Of a DNA stretch of 57,777 nt, positions 9,495 through 19,232 are shown piece by piece. The DNA is from an uncultured bacterium. Its GTDB lineage: Bacteria > CALINM01. Under the pieces are notes generated by a model. It saw only the letters and a list, made by a program, of their open reading frames with translations, was not told the origin of the DNA and did not search any database. Within the stretch, counting starts at the first letter, position 1; every line of letters begins with the position of its first letter. The stretch is from contig CALINM010000010.1 of assembly GCA_938045315.1 (NCBI GenBank), positions 1-57,777 of the forward strand. The letters are read 5' to 3'. The position numbers were made by a program, and so were the translations under genes.

Positions 9495-11034
9495 TATGGA
9501 TTTTTTTCATAAAAAAAATTTATGTGAAATAAAAGAGATAAGGGATTTTATCTCAAAGAAATTAAAAATACATAAAGATCTCATAGAAGATATTTACATT
9601 GAAAAAAAATCCCTGGATGCAAGGAATAAAAAAAACATTAAATGGTTTTACAGAATCAGGTTTTCTTGTAAAAAAACATTAAAGGGCAATCTTAAAAAAA
9701 CCACTACTGAAACTGCACCTTCTCTTATATTGCAAGGTTTAAAAGACAAAAAAGTAGCAATCATCGGCATGGGACCAAGTGGAATATTTGCTGCTATAAG
9801 GTTAGCTCTTAGCGGTGGAAAGTGCATAATCATTGAGAGGGGCAATAAAGTTGAAGAAAGGATTAAAGATGTAAAGAATTTTTTTATAACAAGACAACTA
9901 AATGAAGAATCAAATATTCAATTTGGAGAAGGAGGAGCAGGAACCTTCTCAGATGGAAAACTTACATCAAGAACAAAAAGTGCATATCATTATTTTATAT
10001 TTGATGAACTAATAAAAGCAGGCGCCCCTGAAGAAATAAGATATCTCTCAAATCCTCATATTGGAACTGATAGATTAAGAATTGTTATTAAAAATCTTAG
10101 AAACAAGCTTTTATCTCTGGGGGTAGAAATTTATTACAACGAAAAGTTTGAGCAATTAATTCTTGATAAAGATAGGGTTGTAAAAGGATTAATTACTTCT
10201 AAAAGAGAAATAACCTGTGATTATGTAATACTTGCTATAGGATATAGTGCACGAGATACATATGAAAATCTATTTCACCAAGGTGTTTATATGGAGCCTA
10301 AAGGCTTTGCTGCGGGCTTTAGAATAGAACTTCCTCAAAAAAAAATTGATAAAATTCAATATGGATGTGTATCCAAATTACTTCCACCTGCTGAGTTTTT
10401 CTTAAAAACTCATTTTAAAGAAGTGGGGGTGTCGGTTTATACTTTTTGTATGTGCCCTGGAGGAATAATTATTCCCGCATGTTCAAAAAAAGGATTTCTT
10501 GTTTTAAATGGAATGAGTTATTATAATCGTAGTGGTTTTTTTGGTAATGCTGCGGTAGTTATATCACTGAGCCCTAAGATCTGGAATAATAAAATATTTG
10601 GGGGTATGGAACTACAAAAAAGAATCGAACATGAAACTTTTATTGCCGGTGGAAGCGATTATACAGCACCGGCTGTAACAACAAGGGACTTTGTAGAAGA
10701 AAAAATCTCTTTTTCTCTAAGAAAGAGCTCTTATCCTTTTGGTGTTAGACCTTATCCCATATGGGAAATATTCAAAGATTGGAAGGAATTTTTCAAAAAA
10801 GCCCTTATTGATTTCAATAAAAAAATGGATGGAATAATCTCTGATGATGTTTTGCTTTTAGCTTCCGAAACAAGAACTTCCACACCAGTGAGAATAACAA
10901 GGGGAGAAAATGGTATGTCAATCAATACAAAAAATTTATTTCCCTGTGGAGAGGGGGCTGGTTATTCAGGAGGTATAGTTACATCTGCAGCTGATGGACT
11001 TAAAATAGTTGAAAAAATAGTTTATAATAGGTGA
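9487..11034 (+). CDS. FAD-dependent dehydrogenase (COG2509 family)
   Basis: Rossmann motif VAIIGMGPSGIFAAIRLA, GEGGAGTFSDGKL and C-terminal GEGAGYSGGIVTSAADG. The start was chosen at ATG 9487 (9496 is also possible). The ORF-track GTG at 9415 overlaps the previous gene by 80 nt. Confidence 0.75.
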   Translation: MYSMDFFHKKNLCEIKEIRDFISKKLKIHKDLIEDIYIEKKSLDARNKKNIKWFYRIRFSCKKTLKGNLKKTTTETAPSLILQGLKDKKVAIIGMGPSGIFAAIRLALSGGKCIIIERGNKVEERIKDVKNFFITRQLNEESNIQFGEGGAGTFSDGKLTSRTKSAYHYFIFDELIKAGAPEEIRYLSNPHIGTDRLRIVIKNLRNKLLSLGVEIYYNEKFEQLILDKDRVVKGLITSKREITCDYVILAIGYSARDTYENLFHQGVYMEPKGFAAGFRIELPQKKIDKIQYGCVSKLLPPAEFFLKTHFKEVGVSVYTFCMCPGGIIIPACSKKGFLVLNGMSYYNRSGFFGNAAVVISLSPKIWNNKIFGGMELQKRIEHETFIAGGSDYTAPAVTTRDFVEEKISFSLRKSSYPFGVRPYPIWEIFKDWKEFFKKALIDFNKKMDGIISDDVLLLASETRTSTPVRITRGENGMSINTKNLFPCGEGAGYSGGIVTSAADGLKIVEKIVYNR

Positions 11035-11040
11035 TGAACA

Positions 11041-12114
11041 ATGAATCGAAAGTTTATAACAGAATTAAAAGAAAATGATCATGTGGAAAGCATCTTTTTT
11101 GTCGCAGAAAAAAACTTAGGAATGGGCAAAACAGGAAAAAGTTATCTTTCTCTTAAACTTTCTGACAAAAGTGGCACACTTGATGGAAAAATCTGGGATA
11201 AAGTTGAGCATTATAGTGGTCTTTTTGAGAGAGATGATTTTGTTTTCATTAAAGGCACTGTTCAATCATATCAAGGCACCTACCAGATCATTATAAGTGA
11301 TATAAGGAAAGCTCATGAAAGTGAGATCTTTCTTGAACACTTTATTCCAGACTCAGGAAAAGATATTGAAATGTTGTGGCAAGATTTTATCAATACATGC
11401 AAAATTATAAAAGACCCATATCTTAAAAAATTATTTAATCTAATTTTTATTGAAGATAAAGAGATTCAAGAAAAATTTAAAAACTATCCAGCTGCCAAAA
11501 GTCTTCACCATGCCTATAGAGGTGGTTTATTAGAACACTCACTAAACGTGGTCAAACTCTCAAAGTACATATGTGACTTCTATGAAAATAATGTTAATAA
11601 AGATCTCATTATAATCGCATCGGCTCTTCACGATATTGGAAAAATTTATGAGCTTAACTTTTCTTATATTACAAACTATACAACAGAGGGAAAACTATTA
11701 GGACATATAATCCTTGCCGATGAGTTAATTATTAGAAAAGTCAGTAAAATTGAAAATTTTCCTCAAAAAACCCTTAACCTATTGAGGCACATATTAATTA
11801 GCCATCACGGGGAATATGAATTCGGCTCACCCAAAAGGCCAAAAACTTTAGAGGCAATGATTATACATTTTATTGATAATTTAGATGCCAAAATAAATGG
11901 GTTTATTACTGCATTGGAGAAAGACACACAAAATGGAGACTGGACAGGAATTGTAAAATCATTTGATAGGCAATTATATAAAGGTGCAGTAAATGGCGTA
12001 AATGAAGAAGAAAAATTATTAAATGTGAGTGTTGAACAGAAAAGTGATAAATCCTTTAATCCTGTTATAAAAAATATAAATTTTGAACTTTTTAAAGATA
12101 AGGATAAAATTTAA
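11041..12114 (+). CDS. OB-fold + HD-domain 3'-5' exoribonuclease (YhaM/Cbf1-like)
   Basis: 357 aa. N-terminal OB-fold (SYLSLKLSDKSGTLDGKIWD) followed by HD-domain motifs HHAYRGGLLEHS and LHDIGK. Confidence 0.75.
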   Translation: MNRKFITELKENDHVESIFFVAEKNLGMGKTGKSYLSLKLSDKSGTLDGKIWDKVEHYSGLFERDDFVFIKGTVQSYQGTYQIIISDIRKAHESEIFLEHFIPDSGKDIEMLWQDFINTCKIIKDPYLKKLFNLIFIEDKEIQEKFKNYPAAKSLHHAYRGGLLEHSLNVVKLSKYICDFYENNVNKDLIIIASALHDIGKIYELNFSYITNYTTEGKLLGHIILADELIIRKVSKIENFPQKTLNLLRHILISHHGEYEFGSPKRPKTLEAMIIHFIDNLDAKINGFITALEKDTQNGDWTGIVKSFDRQLYKGAVNGVNEEEKLLNVSVEQKSDKSFNPVIKNINFELFKDKDKI

Positions 12115-12116
12115 AC

Positions 12117-13193
12117 ATGAACCAAATAAAACCTATTGGCTCTATCTTACTATGGGGATTATACTTAGTTCTGTTTTATCTCCTTTATCTTTTGATGAAA
12201 CCTTTTCTTTACCCCATACTTTGGGCTGGTATATTAACAGTTATTTTTTCTCCCATATACAGAAAGCTCCTTACTTTAACAAAGCACAGAGAAACTTTGG
12301 CTGCAAGTATTACAATGATATTAATTGTTCTTATTGTAATTATTCCCAGTGGTTTTGTAATTACGCTGCTAATTTCTGAGATAATAGATTTTGCAAAAAA
12401 AATCACAACAGAAACAAACATAGATATAACTAAACTTTCAGAACATCCCATTGTCATAGATATTTTGAAGCGCCTAGAACAATCTTTTCATATTAGTCTT
12501 GATGAATTAAAGACAACATTTTCTGAGAAGCTAAAGGATTTAGGTATTCTTATAATTACAAAGGCGGAAAAAATCCTTCTTGATTTACCTTCAGGATTTG
12601 TCAATTTTTTTATTACTTTTTTTACTTCTTTTTTCCTTTTTAGAGATGGTAAAACTTTTGGTAATCTTTTAAAAAATCTAATCCCCCTCTCTAAAACTGA
12701 ATTAGACTATTATTTTGACAATCTTAAGAAGGTTGTCTATGCAACCTTCATTGGGGTTCTGCTTACAGCATTTATTCAAGGTTTAATTGCTTTTATCTCT
12801 TTCTTTTTTATTGGTATTAGATCCTCCCTTCTTTTGGGACTTATGGTATCAATTGCATCTTTGGTACCTGTAGTAGGAAGTGCTCTTGTTTGGGTACCTC
12901 TTGCCATTTATCTTATTGCAACTGGTCTATTTCTTAAAGGAATTCTTGTTATTCTTGTGGGTGTATTTTTTATTAGTCTCGTTGATAATTTTGTTAGACC
13001 CATATTCTTACATCAGTACCTATCGCTACATCTATTATTGACCTTTTTTAGTTTATTTGGTGGCATCAAAGCATTTGGCATAATCGGGATATTTTTAGGT
13101 CCTATAATTATTTCTGTATTTATTGGAAGTTGCATGTTTTATCAAAATTATAGACAGCATCAGGAAAAGAACCTTACGGATATTACAGGATGA
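12117..13193 (+). CDS. AI-2E family transporter (PerM/UPF0118 permease)
   Basis: 358 aa and polytopic. The pattern is family-typical, with a large loop after TM3 and a C-terminal LVDNFVRP motif. Confidence 0.75.
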   Translation: MNQIKPIGSILLWGLYLVLFYLLYLLMKPFLYPILWAGILTVIFSPIYRKLLTLTKHRETLAASITMILIVLIVIIPSGFVITLLISEIIDFAKKITTETNIDITKLSEHPIVIDILKRLEQSFHISLDELKTTFSEKLKDLGILIITKAEKILLDLPSGFVNFFITFFTSFFLFRDGKTFGNLLKNLIPLSKTELDYYFDNLKKVVYATFIGVLLTAFIQGLIAFISFFFIGIRSSLLLGLMVSIASLVPVVGSALVWVPLAIYLIATGLFLKGILVILVGVFFISLVDNFVRPIFLHQYLSLHLLLTFFSLFGGIKAFGIIGIFLGPIIISVFIGSCMFYQNYRQHQEKNLTDITG

Positions 13194-14203
13194 AAGAGGC
13201 AAAATATTTTGAAAAATTAGATAATAAAAAAGTTAGATGCTTTCTTTGCAGGCATAACTGTTTGATACATGAGGGCAAAACAGGACTATGTGCCGTGAGA
13301 AAAAATATAGATGGTACTCTATATGCGCTCACATATGAGAGATGTATTGCAAAAAACGTAGATCCCATTGAAAAAAAACCCCTTTTTCATGTACTTCCTG
13401 GAACTACTTCCTATTCAATTGCAACTGTGGGGTGTAATTTTAGGTGTGCCCATTGTCAAAATTACGAAATTTCTCAAATTCCAAGGGATCAGGATATAAT
13501 ACTTGGTGAAATTTACCCACCCGAAATAGTAATAAAAGATGCTCTTAAATATAAATGTAAAAGCATATCTTATACATATACAGAACCAACGATCTACTAT
13601 GAATATGCTTATGACACTGCAGTAATTGCAAAAAAAGTGGGGTTAAAAAATATTTTTGTTACCAATGGTTATACAGGTGAAGAAGCCTTAAAGGATATTT
13701 CCCCTTACTTGGATGCAGCAAATGTTGATTTAAAGGCTTTTACTGATGATTTCTATAAAAAGATTTGCGGTGCTAAACTTCAAGCAGTTCTTGATACTTT
13801 AAAACTATATAGAAAGCTCAATATCTGGATCGAAGTTACTACCTTAGTAATAACAGGATATAATGACAGTGAAAAGGAATTAAGAGATATAGCACGATTT
13901 ATAAAAACTGAGTTGGGTGATTATGTACCCTGGCATGTTACCGCCTTTTATCCTACCTACAAGCTAACAGATGCCCCAAAAACACCTTTAACTAAATTAA
14001 AAAATGCCTGGGAAATTGGTAAAGAAGAGGGGCTTAAATTCGTTTATACTGGTAATGTTTTAAATACAGAAGGTGAGTCCACTTTTTGCCCTGATTGTAA
14101 TAAAAAAATTATTGAAAGAGTTGGTTTTATAATCACAAAAAATTTCATAAAAGATGGTATTTGTTCATTTTGCAATGCTAAAATACCGGGTATATGGAGT
14201 TAA
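13190..14203 (+). CDS. AmmeMemoRadiSam-system radical SAM enzyme (PFL-activase-like)
   Basis: 337 aa. N-terminal Cys cluster CFLCRHNC...GLC, radical-SAM CNFRCAHCQN (CX3CX2C) and C-terminal CPDC...CSFC. ATGA-type 4-nt overlap with the upstream permease gene. Confidence 0.8.
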   Translation: MKEAKYFEKLDNKKVRCFLCRHNCLIHEGKTGLCAVRKNIDGTLYALTYERCIAKNVDPIEKKPLFHVLPGTTSYSIATVGCNFRCAHCQNYEISQIPRDQDIILGEIYPPEIVIKDALKYKCKSISYTYTEPTIYYEYAYDTAVIAKKVGLKNIFVTNGYTGEEALKDISPYLDAANVDLKAFTDDFYKKICGAKLQAVLDTLKLYRKLNIWIEVTTLVITGYNDSEKELRDIARFIKTELGDYVPWHVTAFYPTYKLTDAPKTPLTKLKNAWEIGKEEGLKFVYTGNVLNTEGESTFCPDCNKKIIERVGFIITKNFIKDGICSFCNAKIPGIWS

Positions 14204-14844
14204 AGAACTTAATTGAACTACAAAATGCTTTAAAAGAAAAGATTATTTTAAAGCCCTTTGATAAAAATTTTTCCTCTATATTAGCTGTAGATTCGAGCTA
14301 CTCAAAAATGCTTGATAAAATTTTCTCCGTAGCAATTGTATACAATAATATTGAGAAATGTGTTATTGAAAAGCATTATTCAGTAGAAAAGGTTAATTTC
14401 CCATATATCCCCGGATTTTTGTCTTTCAGAGAAATAGATAATACTTTAAATGCAGTAAACAAAGTTAAAGAACCTTATGATATTATTATTGTAGATGGAC
14501 AGGGCATAGCACACCCAAGAAATTTCGGATTCGCTTCCCATTTAGGCGTTACGCTAAATAAGCCCACTATAGGCTGTGCAAAATCGAGGTTAATAGGTGA
14601 ATATAATGAACCGGAAAATTTTAAGGGTGCTTTTAGTTATTTATATGACAACTCAAAAAAAATAGGAGCCGTTTTGAGAACAAAAAAGAATATTAAACCT
14701 ATTTTTATTTCCCCGGGTCACATGATTGATATAGACAGTTCAGTAAAAATTATTTTAAAATTAACAGAAAAATTTAAACTCCCTGAGCCAATAAGATCCG
14801 CTCATATATTTGCAGAAGAAGTGAAAAGAACATGGAAAAAGTAA
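14194..14844 (+). CDS. nfi: endonuclease V
   Basis: 216 aa. Catalytic-site context AVDSSY..., PYIPGFLSFRE and DGQGIAHPRNFGFASHLGV. Confidence 0.88.
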   Translation: MELKNLIELQNALKEKIILKPFDKNFSSILAVDSSYSKMLDKIFSVAIVYNNIEKCVIEKHYSVEKVNFPYIPGFLSFREIDNTLNAVNKVKEPYDIIIVDGQGIAHPRNFGFASHLGVTLNKPTIGCAKSRLIGEYNEPENFKGAFSYLYDNSKKIGAVLRTKKNIKPIFISPGHMIDIDSSVKIILKLTEKFKLPEPIRSAHIFAEEVKRTWKK

Positions 14845-15575
14845 TTATTCTATTAACCCTAATGATTCTATATGGTTGCACCCATTCTTATCCCGAATTT
14901 GGCTGGTATACTTATTACGAAAAAGAGCCAGCATATATGAAGCCCTATGAAAGATTTGGGAAAATCTATACACCTATAAAACCTGAGGACGCAATTGCAT
15001 ATCGAGAAAGAGGAATTGCATCATGGTATGGTGCAGACTTTCATGGACTTCCAACATCTACAGGTGAGATATATGACATGTATGACTATACAGCTGCTCA
15101 TAAGACTTTGCCACTGGGGTTGTATGTTAAAGTAAGAAACTTGAAAAATGGTAAAACAAGCATTGTAAGACTTAATGACAGAGGTCCCTTTGTAGAAGGA
15201 CGTATTATTGATCTTTCTTATGCTGCAGCAAAAGAACTTGATTTTGTCGATGAAGGGATAACACCGGTTGAAATTGAAGCCCTTGGATTTCCCATTTATG
15301 ATGGACAAAAAATGACATTTCAAAAACCCACAAGCTACAGTATAGAGACATATAGAGTACAGATAGCTTCATTTAGAATAAAAGAAAATGCGATTAAACT
15401 TGCTACAGATTTCCAGAAAAAATCTATTGATGCCAAGATAACTGAGTTTCGAAAGAAAGACGAACTATTTTATAGAGTTCAGGTAGGAAAATTTAAAAGT
15501 ATTGAGGATGCAGAAAAATTTAAAGATAAGATGAAAAAAGAAGGATTTACTCAATCATTTGTAGTAGGTGATTAA
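14832..15575 (+). CDS. rlpA: septal ring lytic transglycosylase RlpA-family lipoprotein with a C-terminal SPOR domain
   Basis: Lipobox LYGC. DPBB domain ASWYGADFHGLPTSTGEIYD...AAHKTLPLG...VRLNDRGPF. SPOR repeat YRVQIASF.../YRVQVGKF. Confidence 0.85.
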   Translation: MEKVIILLTLMILYGCTHSYPEFGWYTYYEKEPAYMKPYERFGKIYTPIKPEDAIAYRERGIASWYGADFHGLPTSTGEIYDMYDYTAAHKTLPLGLYVKVRNLKNGKTSIVRLNDRGPFVEGRIIDLSYAAAKELDFVDEGITPVEIEALGFPIYDGQKMTFQKPTSYSIETYRVQIASFRIKENAIKLATDFQKKSIDAKITEFRKKDELFYRVQVGKFKSIEDAEKFKDKMKKEGFTQSFVVGD

Positions 15576-16414
15576 TGATTATTTATGCAAATGCTAAACT
15601 AAATCTAATGTTACATATTATTGACAGGCTCCCCAATGGTTTTCATAATCTCGAAATGATAAATGTTCCAATAAATTTGTATGATGAGATATCAATTGAA
15701 CCAGATTCAAAATTTGATCAATTTTTTTATCCCCCTATCGATTGTCCTCTTGAAAAAACTACCCTTTATAAAGCTTATTGCTTACTTAAAAATTGGGTGG
15801 GGGATATTAATCTAAAAGTTTCAATCAAAAAGGTTATTCCCAGTGGTTCAGGTATGGGGGGTGGTAGTAGTGATGCCGGTTTTTTTATAAAATATGTATT
15901 GGAGCAAAAAAAGATTAAATGGAATCAAAAAATGCTTACTGAGATTGCTAATAAAGTAGGTGCAGATGTACCCTTTTTTTTATATAATAAACCAGCTATT
16001 GTTAGAGGTATTGGAGAGAAAGTTATTCCATTCAAAAAATTTCCAAATCTGAATTTTTTAATCATTGTCCCGGACTTTTCAATTTCCACTAAATGGGCAT
16101 ATAGCAATGTAAAATTACCGTTGACAAAAAATATATACAATAGTAATTTAAATAATTCTAAAATAAGTGAATTGCAATTAATTAATTTAATGAAAAATGA
16201 TTTAGAGGTAGTAGTGGAAAAGGAGTATTCTTCTATAAAAAACATCAAAAGGTTCTTAATAGAAAGGGGAGCTAAAAAGGCAATGATGACAGGTAGCGGT
16301 TCAGCAGTATTTGGAATTTTTAATGATAAAAATTCTCTTATTATTGCATTTAGAGAAGCAAAAAAACAATTTAAAAGCTATAATATATTTAACTGTAAAA
16401 CAATTGGGGCGTAG
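15575..16414 (+). CDS. ispE: 4-diphosphocytidyl-2-C-methyl-D-erythritol kinase
   Basis: 279 aa. N-terminus ANAKLNLMLHI and GHMP-kinase loop IPSGSGMGGGSSDAG. Confidence 0.88.
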   Translation: MIIYANAKLNLMLHIIDRLPNGFHNLEMINVPINLYDEISIEPDSKFDQFFYPPIDCPLEKTTLYKAYCLLKNWVGDINLKVSIKKVIPSGSGMGGGSSDAGFFIKYVLEQKKIKWNQKMLTEIANKVGADVPFFLYNKPAIVRGIGEKVIPFKKFPNLNFLIIVPDFSISTKWAYSNVKLPLTKNIYNSNLNNSKISELQLINLMKNDLEVVVEKEYSSIKNIKRFLIERGAKKAMMTGSGSAVFGIFNDKNSLIIAFREAKKQFKSYNIFNCKTIGA

Positions 16415-16478
16415 GCGAATTGGTAAAGCCACCAGACTTTGACTCTGGAGTTTGGAGGTTCGATGCCTCCCGCCCCAG
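16405..16478 (+). tRNA. tRNA-Gln (anticodon TTG)
   Basis: TGGGGCG acceptor arm pairing with CGCCCCA, anticodon stem-loop CCAGA-CTTTGAC-TCTGG, and T-arm GGAGG-TTCGATG-CCTCC. The overall layout resembles E. coli tRNA-Gln. The first 10 nt overlap the last ispE codons and its stop. Confidence 0.88.
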
Positions 16479-16530
16479 CTTTAAATAAAAATCAGTTGTA
16501 TGCAAATACTTATTCAAATAAAATAAAAAA

Positions 16531-16935
16531 ATGAAGTTTTTATTTAGGCCCTATAAAAAAGGTTTTGAACATGCTCTTGGTGAGCTGGAAAATGAGATCA
16601 TGCAATTTCTGTGGGATAAAAATGAATCAGTTACTGCCAAAAGTGTTCATGAAAATATCTCTAAAAAAAGAAATATTGCATTAACAACTGTTTTTACAAT
16701 TTTAGACAGATTAACAGAAAAGGGCATTCTAAAAAAAGAGAAAGACGGTAAATTTATATTTTATAGACCACTACTTACGAGAGAACAATACGTAGAAGAA
16801 GTAACAAAAAAAACATTACAGGCGCTTCTTGAATTTTCAAAAGATAATGTAATTTCATGCTTTGTTGACATTCTTTCAAAAACAGAAGATTTAGAAAAAA
16901 TAAAACAGCTTATATCTGAAAGAAGTAAAAAATGA
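16531..16935 (+). CDS. BlaI/MecI/CopY-family transcriptional repressor
   Basis: 134 aa. Winged-helix N-terminal region LGELENEIMQFLW...TAKSVHENI...ALTTVFTILDRLTEKGIL is typical of the Penicillinase_R family. Confidence 0.8.
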   Translation: MKFLFRPYKKGFEHALGELENEIMQFLWDKNESVTAKSVHENISKKRNIALTTVFTILDRLTEKGILKKEKDGKFIFYRPLLTREQYVEEVTKKTLQALLEFSKDNVISCFVDILSKTEDLEKIKQLISERSKK

Positions 16936-17043
16936 GATGATAGAAACTCGTCAAATGTCAAACCTTTGCCATAAAATAAAAAAAATATTGACTAAACATC
17001 AAATATATTTCAGGCACACTTTATGCTTTAATTAAAAAACTGT

Positions 17044-18014
17044 ATGTCTCTAACTGCTCACATCGTTGATTTTTTTAAAGACTACATTGCTGAATTTATT
17101 TCAGTACTCCCCTATTTTATTGCTGGAGTAATCAGTGAAGCTATAATAAGAACTTATAAATGGCATATAAAAATAAAACAAACCATTCATAAATACGGGG
17201 CACTCTCTATTCTTATAGCAACTTTACTGGTTTGATAAGCCCCTTATGTGCATGTGGAGTATTACCATTATCATTAGGTCTTTTATTTGGAGGCGTCCCC
17301 TTCTCTATCATGATGACCCTTGTTATTTCTTCTCCCCTTTTGAGTCCTGCTGGCTATACTTTAACCCAGTGGGAGCCAGGGAACTACATGGGCCCTTGCA
17401 AAAACTTTTTCAGCCGCTTTTATGGGGCTTTATGCTGGTTTTTTAACACTTCTACTTGAAAAAAAATACTTCAAGCATCACCAAATTTTAAAAATATGTG
17501 AAATTCCTCATGACATGGATTTTCATGATCCCAATTTCCCTATATAAGAGCTTGGATGCTGCTGTCATAAACAATTCAGTCATAATGTAGAAGAAAAAAC
17601 TAAAAACAAGTTTTTCATATTTCTTGCTAAATTTTATGAAGGATCAGTTAGAATAGGCAAATATGTTCTAATCGGCATTTTATTTGAAATACTAATACTA
17701 AAATATGTTCCTGGAGATTGGATCTCTAACTATTTAAGTGAAGGAAGTTTTACCAGCATTTTCTTGGTCACAATATTTTCCATACCCCTTTATGTAAACC
17801 AGATTACTGCCTCAGCAATGTTATATGGCCTTGTTGAAAAAGGAATTAGTAATGGGGCAGCTCTTGCTTTCCTAATTGGTGGTCCTGTTAGGGCAATACC
17901 AGTAAAACTATTTTTCTCACAATGTTTAGAAAAAGGGTAATTTTATATTATCTTTTTATTTGTATAAGTGGAACATTGATAGTAAGTTTAATTTATCAAT
18001 GGTTTTTCCACTAA
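17044..18014 (+). pseudogene. decayed COG0701-type permease gene (at least 3 frameshifts plus 1 in-frame TAA)
   Basis: Permease-like peptide continues across frames. It runs ...SILIATLLV* (frame 1), then ISPLCACGVLPLSLGLLFGGVP...LTQW, then GTTWALAKTFSAAFMGLYAGFLTLLLEKKYF...NFPI-TAA-ELGCCCHKQFSH...LIGGPV, then KTIFLTMFRKRVILYYLFICISGTLIVSLIYQWFFH*. The SPLCACG motif is a family hallmark. Confidence 0.7.
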
Positions 18015-19088
18015 GCTTAGAGTTTTACCCTGGGTATTAGATTTATTGCTTTCTTTGATAAATAGCCTCTTTGCGCCGACGAATGTCTTTTTAAAATATG
18101 GGGAATCTACTGATGATATTATTACACCCTTTTCTTTACTAGCAGCATGAATAAACATATTGTCGCCAATATAAATACCTACATGTCCAATTCTTTTCTT
18201 TCTTTTGAAAAATAATAAGTCTCCCACAGCAAGTTGATCTAAAGGCACTTCAACCCCTAATTCAAACTGCTCCCTTGAAGTTCTTGGTAAGTGTATGTTC
18301 ACCTCATTAAATACCCTTTTTACAAATGCAGAACAATCTATTGACGCTGGATGATTACCACCGTATTTATATGATGCACCAATATAATCTAAAGCAGAAG
18401 CTATTAGTTTATTAACATCCCTATCCGTAAGGGTATATTTTATGTTTTTAAAATCTGTCTCTTTCATTTCCTCATTTACTTCTCTACTTCCTTCCGCAAG
18501 CTTTATTTCATCTTGTTCTTCTTCCATATCATCTTCCATATTATAAATCGAGCTATCCACATCATTTCTTAAAGTATAATCCCCAGGGATTTTATTTTTA
18601 GGTTTATAGGTCAGATAATTTTTCTTTAAAATTAGTTGAGTGCCCACAGTAATGGCATCATTATTAATTTTATTAAGCTTTTTTATTTCTTCGATGCTTA
18701 TACTGTATTTTTTTGAAATGGAGTATAGTGTGTCACCCTTTTTTACAATATAGACTTCTTTTTCACGACTATTTTCAGCAAAAGATTTTGAATTTTGTTT
18801 AGCAGGGATTTTAACGACACTTCCTACTTTTAAGTTTTTTGGATTAATATTTTTATTCATATTCAAAAATTCTTCTAAGGAAACTCCATATGTTTTAGCA
18901 ATCCTGGCAGGTGTATCACCTTTTCTTACTCTATGAACTATAACATTTCCTTTTTGTGTCCCCTTTTTAACCTTTGATACCTCTCTCTTTTTTGCTTTAG
19001 AATTAATCTTATGCTCTACTGGTAAAACTAGAGAAGGTATAAATAAAAAAGAAAAAAATGTTAAAAGGAGAACATTAATTTTTTTCAT
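17988..19088 (-). CDS. secreted peptidoglycan hydrolase, LysM repeats + NlpC/P60 domain
   Basis: Start set at ATG 19088 (MKKINVLLLTFFSFLF signal peptide). Two LysM repeats (HRVRKGDTPARIAKTYGV, YIVKKGDTLYSISKKY). NlpC/P60 catalytic region YKYGGNHP..IDCSAFV...GHVGIYIG. Confidence 0.85.
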   Translation of the reverse strand: MKKINVLLLTFFSFLFIPSLVLPVEHKINSKAKKREVSKVKKGTQKGNVIVHRVRKGDTPARIAKTYGVSLEEFLNMNKNINPKNLKVGSVVKIPAKQNSKSFAENSREKEVYIVKKGDTLYSISKKYSISIEEIKKLNKINNDAITVGTQLILKKNYLTYKPKNKIPGDYTLRNDVDSSIYNMEDDMEEEQDEIKLAEGSREVNEEMKETDFKNIKYTLTDRDVNKLIASALDYIGASYKYGGNHPASIDCSAFVKRVFNEVNIHLPRTSREQFELGVEVPLDQLAVGDLLFFKRKKRIGHVGIYIGDNMFIHAASKEKGVIISSVDSPYFKKTFVGAKRLFIKESNKSNTQGKTLSLVEKPLIN

Positions 19089-19232
19089 GATACACACAAT
19101 ACTAAAAAATTGTTTTAAAATCAATAAAAAATCACTCTTTAATTTTAAAAAGGGAAAAAAACTGAATTTAAACATTTAAATAATTTAAAATTGTACACAA
19201 AGGGCAAGAGGAGTTTATCGTTTCTAAGATCA

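Noticed and set aside
12083-12379. 98-aa plus-strand ORF
   Set aside because: It lies out of frame across the yhaM-like/AI-2E permease junction. The permease frame explains the region.
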